Source: Desulfosudaceae bacterium
GTDB taxonomy: Bacteria > Desulfobacterota > Desulfobacteria > Desulfobacterales > Desulfosudaceae
Assembly (NCBI GenBank): GCA_963674745.2
Contig: CAXXDV010000001.1
Coordinates: 320,001 to 384,000, forward strand
Direction: 5' to 3'
DNA: 64,000 nt
The notes beneath the pieces were generated by a model. It had not been told where the DNA came from and searched no databases. It saw nothing but the letters and a program-made list of their open reading frames with translations. Positions within the stretch are counted from its first letter, which is position 1. Each line of letters opens with the position of its first letter. This document shows, piece by piece, positions 1 to 8,548 of the stretch. Both the position numbers and the translations under genes were made by a program.

Positions 1-674
1 TTTTCCAGGGTGACACCCGTTACCTTGTCATCGCCGTTTACGGCCTTGACGCTGATACCGGTTTTCACCTTCACGCCCCTGCTCTTGAGGACATCTTCAG
101 CCATGACGGCAAACTCCTCATCAAAGGCCAGGCTTAACACATGGGGCAACAATTCCACCAGGGTGACATCTTTACCGGATTTGCAGAGTTCATCAGCCAT
201 TTCAACGCCGATAAAACCGCCGCCGATCACGATAATCTTCTGAATTTCTTCCAGGCGTTCGATAAACTGATCCAGGTATTGTTTGTCCTTGGGAATCATA
301 AAAACATTCTTCAGGTCAGCCCCTTTTAACCATCCCGGCATAATCGGCGTAGACCCGGTGGCCAGCACCAGTTTTTCAAAACCGATCTCTGTCCCGTCGG
401 CCGTCAGGCAAACATTTCGATCAGCGTCAATAGAGGTAATTTCGGCTATCTTGAGCGTTACATCGGCTTTGGACAGAAGCGCGTCAGGAATCACGTTCTG
501 GTCGCTTTTGCCTTTCAATTCTCCGAATACATATGGAATTCCGCAGGGTACCAGCACGATGGATTCCTTGCGGACAACCGTAACGGCCTTGTCCGGATAA
601 AACGATTTTGCCGTGATGGCCGCCACAATTCCCGCCGCGCTGCCGCCGATGACCAGGACATCTGTCTTTTCCAT
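1..674 (-). CDS. FAD-dependent pyridine nucleotide-disulfide oxidoreductase (NADH oxidase/CoA-disulfide reductase-like), 3' end truncated by window edge
   Basis: Absent from the ORF track. Manual translation from ATG at 674 gives MEKTDVLVIGGSAAGIVAAITAK...LVPCGIPYVFG: an FAD-binding Rossmann start and the CGIPY redox-Cys motif. Confidence 0.85.
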   Translation of the reverse strand, partial: MEKTDVLVIGGSAAGIVAAITAKSFYPDKAVTVVRKESIVLVPCGIPYVFGELKGKSDQNVIPDALLSKADVTLKIAEITSIDADRNVCLTADGTEIGFEKLVLATGSTPIMPGWLKGADLKNVFMIPKDKQYLDQFIERLEEIQKIIVIGGGFIGVEMADELCKSGKDVTLVELLPHVLSLAFDEEFAVMAEDVLKSRGVKVKTGISVKAVNGDDKVTGVTLE

Positions 675-705
675 TATCTGTTTCCTTTTTATTTGTGATT
701 ACTAT

Positions 706-1371
706 TTATGCGTCTGTTTGAGCGATCAGTTTGTTCAGTTGATCCAGCAGCAATAATTTCAACCGGTCCAGTGTCGCGGGCCAGGCCTGCATGGGAATGC
801 CCATCCAGTCACAGTATTCCAAAAAGTCCTCGGGGCTTTCCGCCATGTACTGATCCAGGTAACCGAGACTGTCTAAAACAATGGCACCACCGGTATGCTG
901 GGGGAAATTTTCATTGGCCAGACCTTTATCCCAGCCCTTGAAAACCAGTTTCCGGAACCGGATCCAGCCGGGGGTCATCCACCAGACCTTTTCACCACCC
1001 GCCAGTTCCGCCGCGATTTGTTCCTGCTCGGCCTCGTCGGCAATCATATTCATGCAATGGGTGGCGTCAATTCTGACCACGCCCGGCCCCTGCTCTTCGA
1101 TAATGGTCTGCATGGTCCTCAAAGGATCGTCCGCATTCACATAACAGAACTTGCCGCCGTAAACGACAATCACTTTATCGACTTTTTCCCGGGCCTTATT
1201 AATTCTGTCTACGAGCTGGCGTTCCAGTTCATGGACGTCCTGATGAAGTCCGGGTGTGGTAAAATAAATATGTTCCGTGTCCAGAAAGCCTTCTTCCCGT
1301 AGTTGTTCAAGCTCCATTCGCATGGTTCCGCATGCGACAATGGCAACTTCTGAAAATGACTGGTTTTCCAT
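706..1371 (-). CDS. DUF1638-like protein (often found beside corrinoid activation systems)
   Basis: AIVACG, PGLH, VVYG, HC and WMTPGW motifs; lies directly downstream of the RACo gene. Confidence 0.75.
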   Translation of the reverse strand: MENQSFSEVAIVACGTMRMELEQLREEGFLDTEHIYFTTPGLHQDVHELERQLVDRINKAREKVDKVIVVYGGKFCYVNADDPLRTMQTIIEEQGPGVVRIDATHCMNMIADEAEQEQIAAELAGGEKVWWMTPGWIRFRKLVFKGWDKGLANENFPQHTGGAIVLDSLGYLDQYMAESPEDFLEYCDWMGIPMQAWPATLDRLKLLLLDQLNKLIAQTDA

Positions 1372-1421
1372 GTATTGTCCTCTGTTTTATATTACGTTTT
1401 CAAATCCTAAAATGTGTTTGA

Positions 1422-1469
1422 ATTGCCGGCGAGCCGTGCGCTGCTGAATACACACGACCCGCCGGCAAT
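1422..1469. repeat. Intergenic stem-loop between the ASKHA and DUF1638 genes
   Basis: ATTGCCGGCG...CGCCGGCAAT inverted repeat with further inner pairing; no strong U-tract. Confidence 0.55.
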
Positions 1470-1520
1470 GGAAAAAGGAAGATATAAATGGAGGTATGCC
1501 AAGCTTCCTTTAACACGCGC

Positions 1521-3605
1521 TTAAAATTTCCCCTTCATGCTTGGGAAATCTTCCATATTGGTATGCGGTAAGAACAGTGCCGAGACGAACTCATCCATAA
1601 ACCGGTTATTGCTGGAAAAGTCGATATAGGTCATATTGTTTGAGATTTCGAGCGCCTCTTTCCGGTTCTGTTCGGACAACAGGGCCATGTAGGCACCAGC
1701 TATGGAACTGTTACCCTTGTAAAAAAACTTTTCCCGGTCAACGTCCGGCAGCAGACCGATGGATACGGCTTTGTTCAGATCGAGATACTGGCCGAAACCA
1801 CCGGTTATGATAATCCGGTCCACCATTGAAAAATCCATGCCCGCTTGATCCAGCAGGACTTTAAAGCCGGCGTATACGGCTCCTTTACTGCGGATGATGT
1901 TGTCGATATCCGATTCCATGAACAGGATGTCCCGGCCCACGGAGGTCTCATCGGCCAGAGCCACAATATAGGCTTTTTCATCACCGTCCCGGGTAATCCT
2001 GGGATGATTTTCATCGGCCTGTATTTTGCCATTCTGCTGAATAATGCCGACCTTAAGCATTTCCGAAATCAGATCGATCATTCCGGACCCGCAGATACCG
2101 CGCGGCGGCAGGTCACCGACAACCGTCAAGTCGGGAACAAACGTTTCCGAATCGATTACAACGTTTTCAATGGCACCTTCTTCGGCCCGCATCCCCCAAC
2201 GGACCCCGCCGCCTTCAAAGGCAGGCCCGGCCGAACAAGAAGCGGTCATCAGCCAGTCCTTGTTCCCCAGGACGATTTCTCCGTTAGTTCCCACATCGAT
2301 AAACAGGGTCACAGGGTCTTCCCGGTGAAAACCGGTGTAGATTAGCCCGGAAACAATATCACCACCCACATAACTGGCAGGCCCGGGCATAACAAACACG
2401 GCTGCTGAAGAATTGACCTTCAGGCCGACGTTGCCAGCCTTTAATACAGGAAAAGCCGAAACAGAAGAAACATAGGGGTCTCGCCGGATATGGCGCGGTT
2501 CGATCTGAAGCAGCAGATGTACCATGGTCGTATTGCCGGAAAGCACCACATTATCGACCTGCTCACGCTTTACACCGGCACTGTCAATGGCCTCATTGAT
2601 CAGGCCGTTAATCGTAGCCAGTCCCATACGGCTGAGTTTTTTGACCCCGTCTTTTTCCGCGCAGACAATCCGGTTGATGACATCGTCTCCGCAGGCGGCC
2701 TGCCGATTATGTCCTGAAGTCGCGGCCAGAATGGTCCCGTCCGTCATATCCACCAGGTAAACCACAATGGATGTTGTCCCGATATCAACGGCTAGTCCCA
2801 GGGAACGATCTCCTTCATTGCCGGGCAGCACACCGACGATTTCCGAAGAACAACGCTTTTGCGTCACCAGGGCAGTCACCTTCCAGTCTTCATTGCGCAT
2901 GGCTTCGGCCAGTTGCCGCATAACGTTCAAGCCGATACTCATCCGGCTGACATCGCATCCGGCCCGGGATAGCCCCCGCAAAAGCCGGTCCAGATCGCTG
3001 ATCGAGTCATCCAGGGTGGGCGGGTTCATCTCAAGCGGAATATGCCTCAACATGGGGGAAATACCTTTGACCAGACCCTGTAGACGATCCGTTTCCGCCT
3101 TTCCCATGCCGGCAATCTTGAGCTTCTTTTCCAGTGTTTCCTCGGGAATCCGAACCGTCACATCACCATGGACCGTGGTTTGACAGGCCAGCACATAATT
3201 CTTTGCTTTTTCTTCATCGCTTAACAGGGGGGTTTCGGTTTTTTTCACATCCCCGGACTCCAGGACCAGTTTGCATTTACCGCAGGACCCTTTTCCATTA
3301 CAGGAGGCATTGATAGGGACATCCCCGGCCACGGCCGCTGTCAGAAGCGTTTGTCCATCCGAAACAACAACCTCTTTATTATCCGGCAGAAACAGCACCC
3401 GGTGCTGATCTGAGCCGGCCGTTACGGCAGTATCGTCGATTCCCTTGCCGCCCCTTTTTTCCATAAACCAGATAGGGCAGGAAGAACGGAATTTACAGTG
3501 CAAATTCGGGTCCCGACATTTCAGACAGTCTTCGCATAAATAGACATTATGCTTCATACACAAAAAACTGGTCTCACGATCCGGATGATTGATACATTTT
3601 CCCAT
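1521..3605 (-). CDS. ASKHA-domain (DUF4445) 2Fe-2S protein, RACo/RamA-type reductive activator of corrinoid proteins
   Basis: CNGKGSCGKC...LACQT 2Fe-2S domain; AVDIGTTS, SGNTTM, DVGTNGE, SAGPAFEG and GICGSG motifs. Confidence 0.9.
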   Translation of the reverse strand: MGKCINHPDRETSFLCMKHNVYLCEDCLKCRDPNLHCKFRSSCPIWFMEKRGGKGIDDTAVTAGSDQHRVLFLPDNKEVVVSDGQTLLTAAVAGDVPINASCNGKGSCGKCKLVLESGDVKKTETPLLSDEEKAKNYVLACQTTVHGDVTVRIPEETLEKKLKIAGMGKAETDRLQGLVKGISPMLRHIPLEMNPPTLDDSISDLDRLLRGLSRAGCDVSRMSIGLNVMRQLAEAMRNEDWKVTALVTQKRCSSEIVGVLPGNEGDRSLGLAVDIGTTSIVVYLVDMTDGTILAATSGHNRQAACGDDVINRIVCAEKDGVKKLSRMGLATINGLINEAIDSAGVKREQVDNVVLSGNTTMVHLLLQIEPRHIRRDPYVSSVSAFPVLKAGNVGLKVNSSAAVFVMPGPASYVGGDIVSGLIYTGFHREDPVTLFIDVGTNGEIVLGNKDWLMTASCSAGPAFEGGGVRWGMRAEEGAIENVVIDSETFVPDLTVVGDLPPRGICGSGMIDLISEMLKVGIIQQNGKIQADENHPRITRDGDEKAYIVALADETSVGRDILFMESDIDNIIRSKGAVYAGFKVLLDQAGMDFSMVDRIIITGGFGQYLDLNKAVSIGLLPDVDREKFFYKGNSSIAGAYMALLSEQNRKEALEISNNMTYIDFSSNNRFMDEFVSALFLPHTNMEDFPSMKGKF

Positions 3606-3631
3606 TATTATTTATATCCTTAATATTTAAT

Positions 3632-3952
3632 TTAATTGACCAGTCGCGCCAGGGCGCCGGCCAGCGCGATTTCCGGCTGCAGGCCGACAAACCGCTGAAC
3701 TTCCTTACCGCTTTTAAAAACAATCAGCGTCGGAATACTGTGAATGCCCAACCCACTGGCAATGTCCGGGTGATTATCAATGTTGACTGTCGACACCTTG
3801 ACCCGTCCATCAAACCGGTCCGCGATTTTCTCCAGAATCGGTTCCTGCAAACGGCACGGCGTGCACCATGGCGCATTAAAGTCAACCAGGCTGGTGCCCT
3901 TTCCGGTTGCCGCATCAAGTTCCGTTTGAGAAGTGATCGTTAACAATGCCAT
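3632..3952 (-). CDS. trxA: Thioredoxin
   Basis: VDFNAPWCTPC active site and SIPTL cis-Pro motif. Confidence 0.9.
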   Translation of the reverse strand: MALLTITSQTELDAATGKGTSLVDFNAPWCTPCRLQEPILEKIADRFDGRVKVSTVNIDNHPDIASGLGIHSIPTLIVFKSGKEVQRFVGLQPEIALAGALARLVN

Positions 3953-3998
3953 TTTCTTTTCTTGATAATTTCTTGCAAATCGTTACAGTTAAATCCTT

Positions 3999-4015
3999 TA
4001 CAAAGAGCATGCCAA
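3999..4015 (-). promoter_or_regulatory. Candidate sigma-54 (-24/-12) promoter for the trx-RACo operon
   Basis: Minus strand reads TTGGCATGCTCTTTGTA versus consensus TGGCACG-N4-TTGC (GT instead of GC at -12). An AT-rich tract and palindromes lie upstream at 4104-4144. Confidence 0.45.
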
Positions 4016-4184
4016 ACGATAAAAATTGTCCTCTTTTATATTCAACTATTTAAATTTATTTACAATATTGTCAATATCAGGGAGATTGGCTGACAGCCAG
4101 AAGAGCGCTACTTACGCCATTGGTAGCGCTACAGTGGCGCCACTAATGGTGAAAAAATATGGGGGGATAACTGCGGCGGCTGTT

Positions 4185-5006
4185 TTACTTCATCCTGCCC
4201 ATGATCTGACCGGTTCGCCTGACCGTATCCACGGGGAAGAGCCTTTTCAATAAATCCAGGATATGGGCATCGAGGCCCACCAGCTGGCACTGCCGGTTCT
4301 TTTTCATTCCGGCGATAATCACGCGGGCGGCCTTGTCCGGGCTGGTCCGGGCGACCTTGCCGAACATGTTGACGGTCGCCTCCTGATCCAGGGATGGGTT
4401 GGCGGCCTTGCGAAAACGGGCATTCCTGGCAATATTGGTATCAATACCCCCGGGATGCACCGACATGACCTGCACCGGTGTTCCGGCCAGTTCCATCATC
4501 AGGGTTTCGTTCAGCCCCCGGACAGCGAACTTGGCACAATTATAAGGTCCGTTGTTCCGGAACGGCACCATGGCGTTAATGCTCGAAATGTTGACGATAT
4601 AGCCTTCGGCCTGCTTTTTCAGATAAGGCAGAAAAGCCTTGGTGCCGTAGACCACGCCCCAGAAATTGATGTTCATGACCCATTCAAAGTCATCGTAACT
4701 GACATCCTCGACCGTATCGGCCACCGCAACCCCGGCATTGTTAATAATAATATCCACCCGGCCGTGTCGATCGACCACGTCCCGGGCATATTGTTCCATC
4801 TGGTCACGTTTGGCCACATCCACCACGTGGGTGGTGACGTTCACATCATAGCCGGTCAGCATTTGCGCGGTTTCATTCAAACCCTGCTCGTTGACATCCG
4901 AGACGGCCACATGACAGCCCTCTTTGGCCAGGGTCACGGCCAGCATACGACCGATGCCCGATCCGGCCCCGGTCACCGCGGCGACCTTGTCTTTTAATGT
5001 TTTCAT
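4185..5006 (-). CDS. Short-chain dehydrogenase/reductase (SDR)
   Basis: TGAGSGIG, NNAG and YNCAK motifs. Confidence 0.9.
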   Translation of the reverse strand: MKTLKDKVAAVTGAGSGIGRMLAVTLAKEGCHVAVSDVNEQGLNETAQMLTGYDVNVTTHVVDVAKRDQMEQYARDVVDRHGRVDIIINNAGVAVADTVEDVSYDDFEWVMNINFWGVVYGTKAFLPYLKKQAEGYIVNISSINAMVPFRNNGPYNCAKFAVRGLNETLMMELAGTPVQVMSVHPGGIDTNIARNARFRKAANPSLDQEATVNMFGKVARTSPDKAARVIIAGMKKNRQCQLVGLDAHILDLLKRLFPVDTVRRTGQIMGRMK

Positions 5007-5063
5007 TTTGCTCCTTAGGGATGACCTTTTATGTTCTTCTCTGATTTTATCGGCACACAGGGT

Positions 5064-5819
5064 TTATGGGGTAGTGGAAAAGCCCGCTTCTTTCATAATC
5101 TTTTTGGCCTTAGCATTTAACCATATTTTCCGAATGATATTGACCGGAAAGACAAGCTTCCAGGTCATTAAAATCGCCCCTTTCCAGGAGGGACGAAATT
5201 TTTCCCCATCTTTGTCAAGATAATAAAAGCCCAGCTCCGCCTGAACGATGAAATCCCGTGTAATGCTGGCCTTTAAATATTTCAGCGCATTGTCCCTGCC
5301 GACCATGACAACTGTTTTATTCCTGAAATGTATACCTGATAAATAATGATGAAGTTTGAGCAACGTGCCGGGGTCGTTCACTTTCGGAAATTGAAACATT
5401 TTTTTGCCCGGCGTCCTGATAAACGCCTGCAGCTGAGAACTGTTGTTGGTACAAAGCTCTTCTCTATCTGAAAATTCCGTAGAGAACTCCACATAACAAA
5501 CTTCCAGTGCCTTGCTTCTCAAAACCGGCACCATTGCCCAAATTTTAAGCGTTGCGTTCTGTAATAGCGCGAACGTTACCTGGACATTCGGCATTAAATC
5601 AGGGATGTCATAATAACCGATAAAATCAAACCCGAGCGCTTCCAGCTCTTTGCGGTAGGCTGCGACCTTGTCCATGCGGGGTTGCGCCAGCTCATTGGGG
5701 AGCACCGGTAATATTTCCGGATCTGTTCGGGCCCACTGCATATACCGGACAAGCACCGGACCCAATAAGACCTGGGATAAGAAAAAAATGACCAGCAGCG
5801 TTAAAAGAAATTCAAGCAT
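5064..5819 (-). CDS. Hypothetical membrane-anchored protein
   Basis: 251 aa ORF with N-terminal hydrophobic helix and a GGAGG RBS; no family recognised. Confidence 0.7.
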   Translation of the reverse strand: MLEFLLTLLVIFFLSQVLLGPVLVRYMQWARTDPEILPVLPNELAQPRMDKVAAYRKELEALGFDFIGYYDIPDLMPNVQVTFALLQNATLKIWAMVPVLRSKALEVCYVEFSTEFSDREELCTNNSSQLQAFIRTPGKKMFQFPKVNDPGTLLKLHHYLSGIHFRNKTVVMVGRDNALKYLKASITRDFIVQAELGFYYLDKDGEKFRPSWKGAILMTWKLVFPVNIIRKIWLNAKAKKIMKEAGFSTTP

Positions 5820-5929
5820 CGATGACCTCCAAACAGGACACTCTAATTATTATCGGCCACGGGTATTTAGTCATAGCTTATGATTTGCTGAAAGGTATTA
5901 CTGTGAGCACCATCTGAGCCTTTTGAGGA

Positions 5930-5951
5930 GCAGCCGATGAAAAGCGGCTGC
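5930..5951 (-). terminator. Hairpin immediately downstream of selD
   Basis: GCAGCCG-N8-CGGCTGC next to the stop codon; weak U-tract. Confidence 0.4.
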
Positions 5952-5952
5952 G

Positions 5953-7002
5953 TTAATCGATCCGGATAGTTTCTTCAGCACCGTCTACGACTTCGCCCAC
6001 CAGGGCCGCGTCTTCGACACCGGCAGCTTTTAAGGCCCCTACCAGGTCCTCCCCCCCGGACCGGTCGACACTGATCAGCAGGCCGCCCGAAGTCTGGGGA
6101 TCGACCAGCACGTCCTGCAGTGAACGGGAGACAGTACCGGAAAAGATCAGCATGGCATCCCGGAACTCCCGGTTTTTGTGCGCACCGGCCGGAATCAGCC
6201 CCATGTCGGCATACGCCAGGGCTTCCTTGATCACCGGTACATCGGCCGCATAAACCCGGATGCCCATAGCCGAGCCCACGACCATTTCTGCCAGATGGCC
6301 CAAAAACCCGAAGCCGGTGATATCCGTACAGGCGCCGACATTAAACTGCGCCATCACTTCCGCCGCCGTCCGGTTGAGTTCGGCCATCTGCCGGCAAACC
6401 CGGTCAACCAGATCCGCCGGAGCCAGCTCCCCCTTGATGGCGGTATTGACGATACCCGTACCCAGCGCCTTGGTCAGCACCAGACGATCCCCGGCACGCA
6501 GCGCTTTCTTGGTCAGCACCCGGTCAGGATGCACAAACCCGGTAACCGACAGCCCGTATTTCAATTCTTCGTCTTCAACGCTGTGGCCGCCGATCAGCAC
6601 AACCCCGGCTTCGGCCATTTTATCGATGCCGCCCTGCAGGATCATGCGCAGCACGGACATATCCATCTTTTGAGCAGGGAATGCCACCAGGTTCATGGCG
6701 GTTTTGGGAACGCCGCCCATGGCGTAAACATCGCTCAAGGCATTGGCGGCCGCGATCTGTCCGAACCAGTAGGGGTCATCGACGATGGGTGTAAAAAAGT
6801 CCACCGTCTGGATCAGGGCCAGATCATCGGAAATTTTATACACGCCGGCGTCATCGGCACGCTCAAGCCCGACCATGACATTTTCATCAGACGGAAACGT
6901 CATACCGCACAAAGCCCTGTCCAGGTCCCCTGGCGCCAGCTTGGACGCTCACCCGGCCCCGGCCACAGTTGCGGTCAGACGGATATCTTTCGTTTTATCC
7001 AT
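5953..7002 (-). CDS. selD: Selenide, water dikinase SelD, selenocysteine-containing (UGA at 6951-6949, residue 18)
   Basis: ATG at 7002 gives MDKTKDIRLTATVAGAG-U-ASKLAPGDLDRAL, in frame with the 319 aa ORF. QTVDFFTP, ANALSDVYAMGG, DITGFG and DPQTSGGLL motifs present. Confidence 0.95.
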
Positions 7003-7075
7003 GGAAATCACCTTTATTAAACCCTCTGCTGATGTTTGTAGCTTGGAAGGGGCAATCAGGTCAAATGGAAATCAA

Positions 7076-8524
7076 TCACACCTCAAATGACGCCAACTTC
7101 AACGAATCCTGATCGAAATAAGTAATGTGAACTTGATAGGTATTCAGATCGATAGCCGCCGTTACCTTAAAAGGTTCTTTGACCCAGGTCAACGCGAGCT
7201 GATCTTCAGCCGAATCTTCAATGACCAGTTCCCCGTCAAAAGCGGGATAGCTGCTCCTGAACGCCATCAGACGGATCAGCCGCCTGACCACATCCTTTTC
7301 CACCTCTTCAGCGATTTCATCCAGGGTGTAATTGTGGCGATTGATGTCGCGGCCGTTTCGGGTCTCTTCCACCAGCGACACGTCGTTTTCACCGGCCAGC
7401 AACCCCACGTAATAGACCTGCGGGACACCCGGCGTGAAAAACTGAATGGTTCGCGCCGCCAGATAGGAGTCGTCGTTACACTCCAGAGCCGAATAATAAG
7501 TACAGTTGACCTGGTAAATATCGAGATTATTATAATCCGCGCTGGAATAAATCGGCTTGATGTTTGACCCTTTTTCATACAGGCCGTTAACGGTCAGGTC
7601 GATTTCCTCCGGAGACATCAGATCAGCCACATCGACCACGCCCATGCCGTCATGGGTATCCAGGGTGGTAAACTGTTTGCGGGGGCAGATTTTGAGCCAA
7701 TCAATCAGCCGTTTGTTGGTATGGTGATAAAGCGTGTGCAGCACCAGCATGGGCAGCGCGAAATCATAACACCAGTATCCCTTTTCCGCCAGTTTCAGCT
7801 GGTATGAGTAATGTTCATGGACTTCAGGCAGCAGGCGGGTATTAAAAGGGGACACAAAACCGTTCAGCATTTCCAGCACCTCCCAGACGTCCGGCTCCAG
7901 AAAAAAACAATTGGTTCCCAGCTTAACGGTGGTGTAGGCAAAGGCGTCCATACGGATGAATTCCGGTTTCTTGCGGGCCAGAAAGATCAGAAAATCCCGG
8001 AACAACTCCCGGGTGACCGGGGAATTTATGTCGATATCGATCTGCTCATAATCAAACGTGGCCCAGATCAGTTCCTTGGAGCCATCGGGGCGTTCGATAA
8101 ACTGATAGGGGTGGGACGGTTTTCGGGTGTACACTTTTTCAAGATCCGCTTCGCTGACGTTGCCGCCCGGCGCCAGCTTATTAAAGCTTAAAAACATGTC
8201 GGCATATTCGGACTTGTCCCCCTGATTGATATAATCAACAAAATATTTTGACTGCCGGGAAATATGGTTGACCATAAAGTCGATGGTGATATCAAAATCT
8301 TCCTGGATCATTTCAAGGTCACGCCAGGTCCCAAAAGACGGGTCCACTTCATAGTAAGTAATCGGCGAAAAACCCCGATCGGCGGACGAAGGGTAAAAAG
8401 GCAGAATATGAACTCCGCCCACGGCGTCCGCGAAATAACGCCTTAACACATAATGAAGTTCCTGGAGATTCTTTCCCAGGCTGTCCGGATAACTGATCAC
8501 CTGAATTTTGTTGGGTATACGCAT
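7076..8524 (-). CDS. gtfA: Sucrose phosphorylase (GH13_18)
   Basis: VHILPFYPS, RMDAFAY (nucleophile), LPEVH (acid/base), LDTHDG and NNLDIYQVNCTYY motifs. Confidence 0.85.
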   Translation of the reverse strand: MRIPNKIQVISYPDSLGKNLQELHYVLRRYFADAVGGVHILPFYPSSADRGFSPITYYEVDPSFGTWRDLEMIQEDFDITIDFMVNHISRQSKYFVDYINQGDKSEYADMFLSFNKLAPGGNVSEADLEKVYTRKPSHPYQFIERPDGSKELIWATFDYEQIDIDINSPVTRELFRDFLIFLARKKPEFIRMDAFAYTTVKLGTNCFFLEPDVWEVLEMLNGFVSPFNTRLLPEVHEHYSYQLKLAEKGYWCYDFALPMLVLHTLYHHTNKRLIDWLKICPRKQFTTLDTHDGMGVVDVADLMSPEEIDLTVNGLYEKGSNIKPIYSSADYNNLDIYQVNCTYYSALECNDDSYLAARTIQFFTPGVPQVYYVGLLAGENDVSLVEETRNGRDINRHNYTLDEIAEEVEKDVVRRLIRLMAFRSSYPAFDGELVIEDSAEDQLALTWVKEPFKVTAAIDLNTYQVHITYFDQDSLKLASFEV

Positions 8525-8548
8525 CTTTTATCCTTAATATCATCAAAT

